In this document: in pieces, positions 36,122-48,350 of the stretch
Layout: the number at the start of each line of letters is the position of its first letter
How positions within the stretch are numbered: the stretch's first letter is position 1
Assembly (NCBI RefSeq): GCF_006345805.1
Contig: NC_042999.1
Location: forward strand, 49,538,001 to 49,602,000
Source: Octopus sinensis
Lineage: Eukaryota
Direction: 5' to 3'
DNA length: 64,000 nucleotides
Translations under genes and position numbers: made by a program
The notes under the pieces: generated by a model
The model's database searches: none
What the model was told of the DNA's origin: nothing
Seen by the model: the letters and a program-made list of their open reading frames with translations, nothing else

Positions 36122-36696
36122 CACGCGTACATATCTATATGTGTGAATATAAAGATATATAGTGTGAGAGAGAGAGACATACACGTCTATATTCATATTT
36201 ATATATACATATACAAATGTATATACATACATAAATTTTATGTATATATACACACAAAGACAAAGGCACACACTGATAAGAATGAGAGCTTATGTATAGG
36301 TGTGTATATATATTTGTAAATCTATCTAGCTTATAAAATTCTATAGCTAGCTTTTATATAGAGCAACGGGAAATGAAAATTCTTTTACGCCCACCAACTG
36401 CAGACAGAGTGTACAGCTGTGTAACGACGTATAAAATTTAAAATTTGTTTCGATACGATATTGCCTATTGAATAACAACTTTCGATGTAGAAGTCAATAT
36501 TGGACAATAACTTTGTATCAACTGTGTTACAGCAAACTGTACAAAGCTACTTAACACTAGCAAATAAGGAAATCTCTACGAGGATTCTCGGTTTTGCTTG
36601 AAATAACAGCGAATTCAAGCATCAACTTAGTTATACCCTATCAACTATAGATAGGTCTTATTGCATATATATGTATACACGCACACACACACACAC

Positions 36697-36748
<52 letters not shown>

Positions 36749-36944
36749 GTTTAGAGGGATATGTTATGCGAGTGGATACCGTGGTAGCTCTCAGTTGTCT
36801 TCCGGGTTACAGCTAACCGCATCGATTAATATTTAACGTTTATGCCTACTAGGAGTTATTACTGACACTATAAATTCGTACGATGAGTAATTCTGTGTTC
36901 GCTTCACCTGATATATATATATATATATATATATAAAATAAATG

Positions 36945-37170
36945 CGCCCTTTTAAAGCCTAGCCAGGCTCATGGGCCCGGTTTCCCGGTTTCAATGGTGT
37001 ATGTGTTCCCCAGCTGGACGGGACGCCAGTCCATCCCAGCGTTACTCATTTTTGCCAGCTGAGTGGACTGGAGCACCGTGAAATGAAGTGTTTTGCTCAA
37101 GAACACACCGCGTCGCCCGGTCCAGGAATCGAAACCACAATCTTACGATCATGATGCTGACACCCTAATG
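36945..37170 (-). mobile_element. tRNA-headed SINE (family D)
   Basis: Reverse complement contains GTTTCGATTCCTGGACCGGG, then GTGTTCTTGAGCAAAACACTTCATTTCAC and tail GAAACCGGGAAACCGGGCCCATGAGCCTGGCTAGGCTTTAAAAGGGCG, as at 46380-46430. Confidence 0.85.
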
Positions 37171-39251
37171 AATCCACTCCATCAGTGTTGATCTGAACAA
37201 CTTGTCTTGAACAAACAAACTCATTCTCTCCAGAATCATCTATCTGGAATGTAGGAAAAATTCTTCTGAAACATTAACCAGAGTTAGTATTCTTACACTG
37301 AACTAAATAAACTGTTGGGTTTTTTAAAGTTAAGAGCAACGTCACAGATAATTAAGTTGATTACCTCCACCAGCCAGTTTCAGCTCATAATTATTTTAAC
37401 TCCAGAATTATGGGTAAAAAATTGACTTCAGCTGTATTTGAACACAGATTCAGCAAAAGCACTTATACATACACGTTTTGTCTGTTTTTAATACCTACAT
37501 ACTTGTGAGTTAATGGAATCAGTAGCGTGACTAGAGGATGATAGAGGAAGTGATCGCACTCTGGAGACACATTCTTCAAATATGATACCTTTTAAATAAT
37601 TTTTAACTAATTATCTGTCTTCCGAATCTCAAATTTTATTGGCATTTTATTTACTTCATTGCATAATCTTTGCAAGAACTTACTGGACTCATTGCTTTTA
37701 TTCTACCAACATCCTGTTGTTCTAAATTGTGTGATTAACCTTCTGTGAAGCATATCAGGCCGCTGGCTCCAACGGAACCATAACAAATCATAATATCAGA
37801 ATCTCCTCTCTGACGCTAGACGCTTTGTGGGGTTTCATCTTTTCCTATCGCTATTCACAACCCATACATATATGTATTATATATGATGACTATATCACTG
37901 AAGCATGAAAATAATGAATGTAGGATACAGCCATGTACATTATAGCTAATGGAATATTTAGCTTAATGTAAGCGAAACAAACGTCCATTTACGTAACTAA
38001 TTTGTTGATAAACGAAAGTCAAGAATGAATTAAATATCATTCCTCAAACCAAGTTATTTCAATATATACTTATCGCACGCTGATGCTGCTTGTTGAAGCA
38101 AAAGCAAATAACTCTTTTATGAATTTCAGGTACACACATCTACCTCATAAACTACCAGCATAGAATTTATGCTCGTCTAGTAGTAAGATATTGTCCAATA
38201 TATATTGCAAAGGGAATTTTAAGTTGCGTTTTCGTTTCTTTTTATGAGATCGTTGTATCATGTCTAATGTTAAGAATGCCTAGAAGGCATCACAGATGGC
38301 TCGCTTTTACATCTGATAAGAAATGCCTTGGAGAAAAACAATAAGAATAACCGTCTGTTTAGAACAGAAAGAAGATTAGATAAGTTACAAAGAGAGAAAA
38401 ATGTAGTCAAAATATCACAGACTGGACGCCTACTCATTATTGTCTAAGCACACAAGGCACATGCATCTGATGGAATTCTCTGAAGCGCTGCTACCTACTT
38501 TCAGCTCATGAGATTAAGACGATTCCCTAACCTGGGGTTGTTCCTAATGTAAATGCCTTTAAAAAGTTGCTAATGTCTATTTTTAGATAATAGAGATAGT
38601 AACAATAGTCTGATTAAGGCTGCACAGTTGCCGAGGAATTGGAGCACCATGGGGATATCATTCTGTATACTATTGTGCAGTGGATGAAGATGATATGGTC
38701 AGATTATGTACAATCAAAGACACACATGGAAAATAGCCAATAGAACTCTATTCCTGCTTTATGAAACATCTGTAAAATCTGACCTCGTACGTATCCTTAT
38801 TAAGTTAGGCCCTCATCAACAAAATCTTAAAGATAATTCTGACGGTGTTTACAAAATATGAATCTAGATGATGTCTTGCAAACAACTTACATTTAAAGTA
38901 ATTAAAACTTTATTCGAGAATCAAATTAATAGAGTTTGTGAAATAAATGGATACTTGCTGGTTTAATTTCCAGGTAGAAATTATGCTTTCATTAGCCTGT
39001 TGGCTTTTAATAAATAGGTTGCGTGTCTGTAGGTACCCTACACTAATCTATTAAAATTACAAACAAAATTGATAAGCTTGAAACAGTAGAACATTCTAAA
39101 ATAAAGGGAGACAGATATTTTCCACACTAAATTTCACTGGTTCAAAAACAGAAATGTCTTTACTGGAATTGTAACAGTAAGAAAATAAAAGAGAAAAATA
39201 GAATACTCAGCATCCCACACTAGCCTTCTATTGTGTACTCTCTTTTCCTAA

Positions 39252-39484
39252 GGCAGCGAGCTGGCAGAAACGTTAGCGCGCCGGACGAAATGCTTAGCGG
39301 CATCTCGTCTGCCGTTACGTTCTGAGTTCAAGTTCCGCCGAAGTCGACTTTGCCTTTCATCCTTTTGGGGTCGATAAATTAAGTACCAGTTTCGCACTGG
39401 GGTCGATGTAATCCACTTAATCCCTTTTTCTGTCCTTGTTTGTCCCCTCTATGTTTAGCCCCTTGTGGGCAGTAAAGAAATATA
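39252..39484 (+). mobile_element. Family A CORE-SINE, full length, with 23 bp TSD
   Basis: TATTGTGTACTCTCTTTTCCTAA at 39229-39251 and 39485-39507. Confidence 0.95.
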
Positions 39485-40072
39485 TATTGTGTACTCTCTT
39501 TTCCTAACCTTGCAATTTTCACCCCATCAGTCATACAATATGAGCCGCCTTCTCCAATTTATTCTGCAACTTCTTCAACATGTCACCATCACTACACCAG
39601 CTAGAAAATTCAGTCAAAAAGTTATAGTTGATTTTGCAAACAAAAAATTTGAAGTTTTATGATCATGCATGTGGCTGAGTAAATCTGTTACTGAGAAAAT
39701 GTCGAAATATTTCACACCAAAACATGTAATAACAAGTCATAGCAACACGCAAGCTTATGTGTTCCATTCTAGTCTGTTCCGGAGTTAACTTCACTTGCTC
39801 TTTTTATTGCAACATTTAGGTGTTTTTAGTTGGAGGGAGAAACTTTTTGGGCATTATTTGCGTTGCCCCTGCCTTCCACAACCCTCCAAAGATCACCTGG
39901 CTTATCAAGCGCAAAGCACCGACTCTTATTCTTACCCATATCATAGATGTGATTCTTTATTAAGAGAAATAGGGTCATTGCAAAGAATAAACTTTATTTT
40001 CCCCAAATTTTTCAAAAAAAGTAAAAAGATAACTAAAATATTTACCAAAGTCGTTATGATATTAATGCATTG

Positions 40073-40280
40073 AAAAGCGGCGAGCTAACAGAATCATTAG
40101 CACGCCGGACAAAATGATTAGCGGCATTTTGTCCGTCTTTACGTTCTGAGTTCAAAATCCGCCGGGGTCGGCTTTGCTTTTCATCATTTTGAGGTCGATA
40201 AAATTAGTACTAGCTGAGTACTGGGGTTCTATATAATTTCCCAAAACTGCTGGCCTCGTGCCTAAATTTGAAACTACAAT
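40073..40280 (+). mobile_element. CORE-SINE (alternative tail)
   Basis: GCGGCGAGCTAACAGAATCATTAGCACGCC...GAGTTCAAAATCC...GGTCGATAAAATTAGTAC...CTGGCCTCGTGCC. Confidence 0.85.
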
Positions 40281-40283
40281 TTA

Positions 40284-40440
40284 AGTACAGTTTTATATTT
40301 AAGTGAGAAATTATGTACATTATTTACATTATTTACACGGGTATATGGCGTAGTGGTTAAGAGCGCGTGCTACTAAGCCCAAAATTCCAAGTTCGATTTC
40401 AAGTAGTGACCTGAATAATAATAGTAATAATAATAATAAT
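40284..40440 (+). mobile_element. tRNA-like head with (AAT)n, preceded by a 54 bp segment also found in the 55.3 kb fold-back
   Basis: GGGTATATGGCGTAGTGGTTAAGAGCGCG...AGTTCGATTTC; the upstream AGTACAGTTTTATATTTAAG...TACATTATTTACATTATTTACA matches 55273-55333. Confidence 0.6.
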
Positions 40441-41000
40441 AGAGAGGATAGGAATTTCACTTGGGTGTACGCCACAAATTCTTCTTGGGTAATGTCTATT
40501 ACTATATTTTATAATCACATGTTTCGACTGAGTAGACAATAATTTATCGCATTAAAGCATATGAGTTAAATTTTTTTTTAAATAACAATATATAAAAGGA
40601 AAACCACGATTTTCGCTGCCCTACCACCACCAAGGTTCAGTCCAATTTATCAATTGAGAAATTCTCGTTTCTTTTCGTTTCATTTCACTTCAGCCATCAA
40701 GCTATGTATATCTTTTAATATATTTCTCTGTCAGCATATTTTAACCATACAATCATGCCTGTGCCTGTACGTAGCCATCTAAGTTATATAAATTCCACAT
40801 TAAATACCCTAAATCTTCAGCATTTTTACTTTGCATGTTATACTAACAAAGTAGACTTAGTAGCATACACACAGAGATCATCCACGGTTTAGCTAAAATC
40901 ATATGAGAGTTTCTTTCATTCGAAGACAAGTATAGACAGGTAATAAGCAGTAGCATTATAGTAAATTCTGGAGTCGATCAACAGACTGTCAACAACATAT

Positions 41001-41400
41001 AGGCGTAGGAGTGGCTGTGTGGTAAGTACCTTGCTTATAAACCACATGGTTCCGGGTTCAGTCCCACTGCATGGCACCTTGGGCAAGTGTCTTCTACTAT
41101 AGCCTCGGGCCGACCAAAGCCATGTGAGTGGATTTGGTAGACGGAAACTGAAAGAAACCCCTCGTATATATGTATGGGCATATATATGTGTGTGTTTGTG
41201 TCCCCCCCCCCAACATCGCTTGATAACCGATGCCGGTGAGTTTACGTCCCCGTAACTTAGCGGTTCGGCAAAAGAGACCGATAGAATAAGTACTAGGCTT
41301 ACAAAGAATAAGTCCTGGGATGGATTTGGTCGACTAAAGGCGGGTGCTTCAGCATGGCCAAAGTCAAATGACTGAAACAAGTGAAAGAGTAAAAGAGTAA
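41001..41400 (+). mobile_element. Family B SINE, full length
   Basis: AGGCGTAGGAGTGGCTGTGTGG...GACTGAAACAAGTGAAAGAGTAAAAGAGTA. Confidence 0.9.
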
Positions 41401-42369
41401 CATACTTAAGTACATGATTTCCATTGTTATTTTTTTCCAAGTATCCTAACCTCTCCACAACGTATATGGTCTGACCTTCAAAAATAAGTAAAATTGGGGA
41501 AACATTCTGTATAGCAGGTTCGATCTACTTAAAGTCTTACTTTCGTTCTACAACCGGCAATGCCAAATTAACTGAGTTAGATTTGTTTTTCATTGAAAAG
41601 CAGTTGGCTACTAACTGAAAAAGATTATAATAAATTAATAGATAACATAACAAGATTGAAGCCAAGAGGAAAGTTGTTGCTGTTGTTGTTGTTGTTGTTG
41701 TTGCTGCTGCTGCTGCATTCATTTTTTTATATTCGCTTTGTTTTCTTTTTCGTATAAAATATAAAGTAATTAAATAGCACAATGCTTTTTGTTATGTTTT
41801 GATTTTAAATACAATATAGATTTATGAATTTAATGTAAAAATATTTTTTATAGTATTTTGATTTTAAGAATATAATAACAATTACGTACCACGTACTTAC
41901 TTTAAAACTGTATTTTCCTTGTGTTTTGATTTTAAAAAGAAAATAAATACTATGTACTATGTACTACATACTTCGTCTAAAGCTATAATTTTGGTTTTGA
42001 TTTTAAATACATGTAGAATCAATTTAACATTACTGGAACGTGGCCAGGCGCTTTTTTATATATGCTCGCTTCCTTTTATTTAGAATCTCGCTACACACTT
42101 GCAGCTAATGCATCAAGGCTGAATCAATTTGGTAAAGACACAAAGATTAGATAAAGTAAAACTATCTTAGTCAGATATCAAAATTTATGTCGCATTATCT
42201 GCTCTGTTACTTTGGCATCACAATTTCAAAAGAAATATAAATGAACAAAAATATTCATTTATCCCGCGAACGTTTTGGAAATATTAAATCAGTTGCTTAA
42301 CATTATGTGGGCAGGGCTAATTTATATGAATGAGACGTCAGTCGTAACGCTCTACCTCTTAAAACTTCA

Positions 42370-43548
42370 AATCTGTTTCCAATGGCCAGGTGAACGGAAA
42401 TAATGATGTTGGATACCCGTCTTGCAATGATGAAGATTCGGTTGTTCGATCAAGTGAATTAACTGACCTTGAATTAACATGAATAAGGGTGAGCATTCTA
42501 CTGATGTTTGTGACGTTAAATTCCTTTGAATTTTTTTCCGTCCTTGTTTTTGTAAACGTTCGCTGCTTTCTTCCATAGAGTCTAATGTTCTTAAATTAGT
42601 TTTCCTTGGGGTTGGCCAGATTGGAGCAATCTCAAGTATAATCAGCCGAAATTGCGAGGATAATTTGGTGCTTGACTGAGGAAAGAAAACTTCGAATGAC
42701 TTGTATCGTCTATCTGGATGTTTTGTTGTCCCATTTTTGTATCGACTAGCCGTCCTGATATTTTGAATTCTTGTCCCATTTTGTATTATATATATATAGC
42801 GGCGTACGAACAATTTGGTCTCTTATATGTAAGTATACATTTTTCTAAATCTTGTACGATTCTATTTCTGTCTATCAGCCCTTTCCCCCTTATTCGTTAA
42901 TTCCGCTCTTCGTTCTTTCGTTCCACCTCTCTCACATTTCTTTGCCTTCTCTTCTTGCTCACTTTCCCTCCACTTTTCACTTCACTATGTTCCTGTCATT
43001 TTTTCTCGCCCCTCCTTAATTCTTTTGCCTCTCTGCTTCTACTTCTCTTCCCACGTGACCGGCGTTCGGCCAAGCTTGTTCTTTCTCTCTTGGTCTGCCC
43101 GTTGTCCGTGCAACATCGATATTCTTCCTCGTGTTTGTGAAATCCCGTATCCCCGCCTTAAGACTTCATTTCCACACACGCCAGCTTAATTCAATTCGTC
43201 CTTAGTCAAAAGATACCTGTTATTGTGTCCTGTTTTTATTTTTAGTGTATTTGTATTTGTGTAACATTGTCCTTTTTTCCGTCCTTGTTTTTGTATACAT
43301 TCGCTGCTTTCTTCCATAGAATCTAATGTTCTTAAATTAGTTTTTCCTTGGGGTTGGCCAGATTGAAGCAATCTCAAGTATAATCAGCCGAAATTGCAAG
43401 GATAATTTGGTGCTTGACTGAGGAAAGAAAACTTCGAATGACTCATCCTTGTTTTCTTTGTATCGTCTATCTGGATGTTTTGTTGTCCCATTTTTGTATC
43501 ACAAAGCTGTCCGGATATTTTGCGTTCCTGACCAATTTGTATTATATA

Positions 43549-43550
<2 letters not shown>
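42370..43550 (-). mobile_element. Penelope-like element: two ~270 bp direct repeats (42530-42790, 43270-43550) with an N-terminal ORF remnant
   Basis: Direct repeats CCGTCCTTG...CGCTGCTTTCTTCCATAG...GGGGTTGGCCAGATTG...CTGAGGAAAGAAAACTTCGAATGAC in a pseudo-LTR-like tandem layout. No RT or GIY-YIG motif is visible, so the class is inferred. Confidence 0.55.
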
Positions 43551-43595
<45 letters not shown>

Positions 43596-43674
43596 CAACG
43601 CGCACACGTACATCATATACACAACACATACATACACGCACATACATACATACATAAACACACACAACCCCGCA

Positions 43675-43731
<57 letters not shown>

Positions 43732-44194
43732 ATTAGGGCTTAGTAAAATAAATTACTTTGCCACATACTGAACTTAGTAGAAATAGCAGCCAAAAAAAAA
43801 TTTTTTAGCTATTTCTACTACTTAAAGAAAATTTCTCTCAGATAATGTTTACTCCAGACAGCTCACGAAGGTTTGGAGGTAAATACAGAAAAATATCACA
43901 AGTACATAGATCGTTTGAGTACGTCAACGTTTCAAGATTAGCCAAATAAAATCAGCATTTCTTTCGTCAGCTCAAAATTTCTTAATTTGGATTTGGAAAC
44001 ACTAAAAAGAAGGAACTTTACCTATCGGCGAACTTGTCGCTTCAAATGAACCAGCCCCAACTGCCAGTGCCAACAAATTCAAAATGCGCAGGCGTAAATT
44101 TCTGCACTCCTTTTCCACCCACGTGGTCTATCTAGCAAACATTATATTTTAACCGCGAGAACCGAGGCAGTATGACAGAGAGAAATGAATTATA

Positions 44195-44497
44195 ATATCA
44201 ACAATTGAGGGTAAAATTAATTAATCAATTTTACCAAGTGTTCAGTATGTAAAAGGACCATTTAAGGCGAATTCAAAATATTACATTATATAATTAGGGC
44301 TTAGTAAAATAAATTACTTTGCCACATACTGAACTTAGTAGAAATAGCAGCTATTTCTACTAAGTTCAGTATGTGGCAAAGTAATTTATTTTACTAAGCC
44401 CTAATTATATAATGTAATATTTTGAATTCGCCTTAAATGGTCCTTTTACATACTGAACACTTGGTAAAATTGATTAATTAATTTTACCCTCAATTGT

Positions 44498-44503
<6 letters not shown>
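44195..44503. repeat. Perfect 309 bp palindrome (154 bp arms, 1 nt loop at 44349)
   Basis: ATATCAACAATTGAGGG...TTAGTAGAAATAGC-A-GCTATTTCTACTAA...CCCTCAATTGTTGATAT; no mismatch found by eye. Confidence 0.95.
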
Positions 44504-44574
<71 letters not shown>

Positions 44575-44580
<6 letters not shown>

Positions 44581-44705
44581 ATACAAATTGGTCAGGAACG
44601 CAAAATATCCGGACAGTTTGGTGATACAAAAATGGGACAACAAAACATCCAGATAGACGATACAAAGAAAACAAGGATGAGTCATTCGAAGTTTTCTTTC
44701 CTCAC
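44575..44705 (+). repeat. Inverted copy of 43420-43550 (Penelope-like repeat end)
   Basis: ATAATACAAATTGGTCAGGAACGCAAAATATCCGGACAG...GAGTCATTCGAAGTTTTCTTTCCTCA. Confidence 0.9.
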
Positions 44706-44880
44706 TTTTCGTTTCAGCACTTGACGTTTTGAGTTTAAATAACTGCAATGTTAACTTTTTTTTTTTCATTTTTCCGGGGTCAATAAAATAAAATAACAGT
44801 TAAGTACTGAGGTCGATTCAATCGGTTAGCTCTTTCACCAAATGTATGGCTTCATGTCTATGGGGCAAACTTCTTTAATG
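44700..44880 (+). mobile_element. Old CORE-SINE, 3' portion (its first 85 bp are duplicated in inversion at 45453-45540)
   Basis: GACGTTTTGAGTTTAAATAACTGCAATGTTAAC...CCGGGGTCAATAAAATAA...GGTCGATTCAATCG. Confidence 0.7.
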
Positions 44881-44975
44881 TAGGTACAGTTGATATATAT
44901 ATATATATATATATATATCTTCGGTGGTGATTTTTTTTCTTTGCCTTCCCTTCTTTGGGCCTTTTCTTTTTCTAT

Positions 44976-45010
44976 GTTTCTGACGAAGGGCTCCGCTCGA
45001 AACGTTAAAT
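44976..45010 (+). ncRNA. Minimal type I hammerhead ribozyme motif (Penelope-like pLTR type)
   Basis: GTTT-CTGACGA-A-GGGC-TCC-GCTC-GAAA-C-GTT-AAAT: CUGANGA and GAAA core, 4 bp stem II, loop-less AACGTT stem III, and GTTT/AAAT stem I. Lies in a pyrimidine-rich repeat at 44900-45110. Confidence 0.7.
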
Positions 45011-45127
45011 CCTCCTTTCTTTCCATTCCCGAGCGTCCAATAACACTATACTTGTTCCGCGTCCTCACGTTGTTGTGTTTTCTCTTTGTTCGTGTTTGGA
45101 TTAACAATATATACATACATACATACA

Positions 45128-45158
<31 letters not shown>

Positions 45159-45161
45159 GTA

Positions 45162-45365
45162 TACTCTTTAACTTGTTTCAGTTAGTTGACTGCGGCCATG
45201 CTGGAGCACCGCCTTTTGTCGAGCAACTCGACCCCGGGACTTATTCTTAGTAAGCCCAGTTCTTATTCTATCGGTCTCTTTTTGCTGAACCGCTAAGTGA
45301 CGGGGACATAAACACACCAGCATCGGTTGTCAAGCAATGCTAGGGGGACAAACACAGACACGCAA
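45162..45365 (-). mobile_element. Family B SINE 3' half
   Basis: TACTCTTTTAACTTGTTTCAG...GGGGACAAACACAGACAC, then a microsatellite. Confidence 0.85.
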
Positions 45366-45369
45366 ACAT

Positions 45370-45452
<83 letters not shown>

Positions 45453-45457
<5 letters not shown>

Positions 45458-45590
45458 ACCCCGGAAAAATGAAAATAAAATAAGTTAACATTGCAGTTAT
45501 TTAAACTCAAAACGTCAAATGCTGGAACGAATAACGCGAGGTGTCTCGTCCTATACTCTAACCATTCTGCCAACGTACTAATCTAATAAT
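45453..45590 (-). mobile_element. Old CORE-SINE, 5' portion
   Basis: Minus strand GTTGGCAGAATGGTTAGAG head followed by the same private variant as 44700-44785. Confidence 0.7.
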
Positions 45591-45859
45591 ACTGAAAATT
45601 ATCCGAAAGTATCTCTCTTCTGCTAAAAATCAAACTCACTCTCGATTATATTGCCCACATGAATTTTTAATTAATTTTAAATTTTCTTTTAATTAATTAA
45701 AAATTCCGTCCCCTCTACCGCCTTTTCTTCACTAGAATTGATCGTTAGGCTAATGATTTTTCTTCTTACAAATGTAATTTTAATTAATCAAATTCAAGTT
45801 AATAAATTATTATTGCCTCAACACATTAGTTATGCGGGCACCCATCATACCATATCATA

Positions 45860-46171
45860 TTGGGCTGTCCGGAAAGTTCGTGCCGATTTTTAAAGGAAAG
45901 AAAAAGGTCAATAAATACTTGCCATTACATTTTTAATCAAACAAATATGAACCATTTTGTTGCACAATGCGTCTCCATCTTTCCTTTAACTTGAAAATAC
46001 CCTCTTCCCAGAATTGAGATGGTTTCATGGCAAAGAATTCATCAAGGTATCTTTTTAAGTCTTCCAAGGAATTGAAATTCTTACCATTAAGACTATTCTG
46101 CAGAGACCTGAATAAGTGGAAATCCGAAGGAGCAATATCTGGTGAATATAGAGAGTGAGGTAACACATCCC
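45860..46171 (-). mobile_element. mariner (DD34D) 3' fragment with TIR, same family as 34485-35041
   Basis: TA-TTGGGCTGTCCGGAAAGTTCG; ORF LPHSLYSPDIAPSDFHLFRSLQNSLNGKNF...NGSYLFD. Confidence 0.92.
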
Positions 46172-46430
46172 AGACCGCAGTTTCGATTCCCAGACCGGGC
46201 GTTGTGTGTGTTTATTGAGGGAAAACACCTAAAAGCTCCACGACGCTCCGGCAGGGGGTAGTGACGACCCCTGTTGTACTCTTTCGCCCCAACTTTCTCT
46301 CCCTCTTTCTTCCTGTTTCTTGAGTAACGCTGCGATGGGCTGGCATCCTGTCCAAATGTGGGGAACACATACGCCATAGAAACCGGGAAACCGGGCCCAT
46401 GAGCCTGGCTAGGCTTGAAAAGGGCGTGAC
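46172..46430 (+). mobile_element. tRNA-headed SINE (family D), 5'-truncated
   Basis: GTTTCGATTCCCAGACCGGG...GCCATAGAAACCGGGAAACCGGGCCCATGAGCCTGGCTAGGC. Confidence 0.85.
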
Positions 46431-46529
46431 AATAAAAATAAATTACTGCTGCTGCTATTTCTGCTGCCGCTGCTTCTACTATTGCTACTGTTGCTGTTGC
46501 TGCTGCTGCTGTCTCTCAGCTATTCGATA

Positions 46530-47130
46530 TATAACTTCTCTACATTTGTTGTCTTGTGCCTATCTTACTTGCAAATTCAGTACCAGTCGAACACTTGGGT
46601 TGATATAGTCGGCATACCTTCTCCTCCGAAACTGCTCGACTTGTACGGAAATTTGAAATTATTATGTTGTGGGCGAGCTAGCAGAATCCAGAGAACCATG
46701 AGAAAATGCTTTTCTTTTTTTGCTTTTTTTTTTGTAAACTCAGAACGTAAAATTTGTTCCAATTTTTATACTCCCATTTCAAATGCCACCGGGTCAATTT
46801 TGTTTCTCGTCCATTTGGGGCCGATATTAAAAATCAAATCACATACTAGGGTGGTGCATAGCATCGGCTAATCTTTCTCCTTATATGATCTGCCTTGTTG
46901 TGTAAATCAAAATCTATTATCATTATTATTAGGATGATGGTTTGACAGTAATACTGGAACGTCAGACAAGAACACCTTACACTATTTGTTTCGGCTCTTA
47001 TGCTTTGAATGCAAATTCCGCGGAGGTCAACTATGTCTTCCAGGCTTCCGAAATCGTTAAAATAAAATTATGCGTTTGATTGAGCAATTATCTTCTCCAA
47101 AATCACCTTATACCAATTTTTGAAATTATT
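46530..47130 (+). mobile_element. Cluster of degenerate CORE-SINE fragments
   Basis: GGGCGAGCTAGCAGAATC head at ~46670; CAAATTCCGCGGAGGTCAAC and AGTACCAG...GGGTTGATATAGTCGGC core/tail motifs. Confidence 0.55.
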
Positions 47131-47339
47131 ATTATTTTAATATTTGGATATTAGAATTGTACCAAATAACTGTTATTATTTATTAGTTCAAAGTGAAAAA
47201 GTCATATGCGTATGAGTGTTTGTGCTGAGGTGCGCGAATCTCTTATGATAATAAATTTATAAAAATATGAATACACACGTATACATTTACAGACAAACAG
47301 ACAGGAAGACACACAGATAGACGGGCAGATATATAGATT

Positions 47340-47372
47340 GCTAGATAGATAGATTAATAGATTGATAGATTA

Positions 47373-47405
<33 letters not shown>

Positions 47406-47418
47406 CAGACAGACGGGC

Positions 47419-47475
<57 letters not shown>

Positions 47476-47478
47476 TAC

Positions 47479-47511
<33 letters not shown>

Positions 47512-47514
47512 TAC

Positions 47515-47583
<69 letters not shown>
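47340..47583. repeat. (GATA)n microsatellite
   Basis: Directly visible. Confidence 0.95.
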
Positions 47584-48035
47584 TGTATGTATTTTATGTG
47601 TCTGCGTTCATATAGAAAATAAAGAGTGGTAGAGAGGGTTACAAGATATGAGTGAGTGAGAAAGATGGAAAAAGAAAATAATTTTAAATGACGAAAGTAT
47701 AATATCCCACCACGTAGAATAATTGGAAACGTTTTCTTTTAAAGAATTTATCTGTTGACCAAGAAAGGAAATATCAGAGTAACTGTTTTGGAATATTTCT
47801 ATGGGTTTCTTTTAGTTTTTTTTTTTTATTTTTGTTTGTTGTACTTTTGTTGTTGCGTTACTTTGATGATTTTTCTTGATTTTTTTTACGAGCTATGGAG
47901 TGTGTATGGATTATATTTTATAGTCTAGCCTAAATAACAACAGAAATTCAAACAGCTATGATATCATTTCGTTTGCAAAATACAATTTCCAACATTATTC
48001 TAATAGTCATAGTTAGAGAGAAGTAATATATATAC

Positions 48036-48096
<61 letters not shown>

Positions 48097-48149
48097 ATAT
48101 ATGTGTGTGTGTGTGTGTGTGTGTATGTATATATTCATATATATATATA

Positions 48150-48204
<55 letters not shown>

Positions 48205-48283
48205 CATAGAGGGAGAGAGAAAGAGTTATATGCGTGTGTGTGTTTTATATATACTTACATCTATCTATCTTACTATATATATA

Positions 48284-48350
<67 letters not shown>

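Noticed and set aside
39810-39960. Frame reading GGRNFLGII, reminiscent of the CDC50 C-terminal GGKNPFLGI
   Set aside because: The match is short, no transmembrane helix follows, the frame stops soon after, and no other exons are visible.
42605-42690. Possible hammerhead in the 42-43 kb Penelope-like repeat (GCCGAAA; CTGAGGA)
   Set aside because: The CUGANGA and GAAA motifs are not in the right order with a closing stem; the expected core position reads GGGG in all copies.
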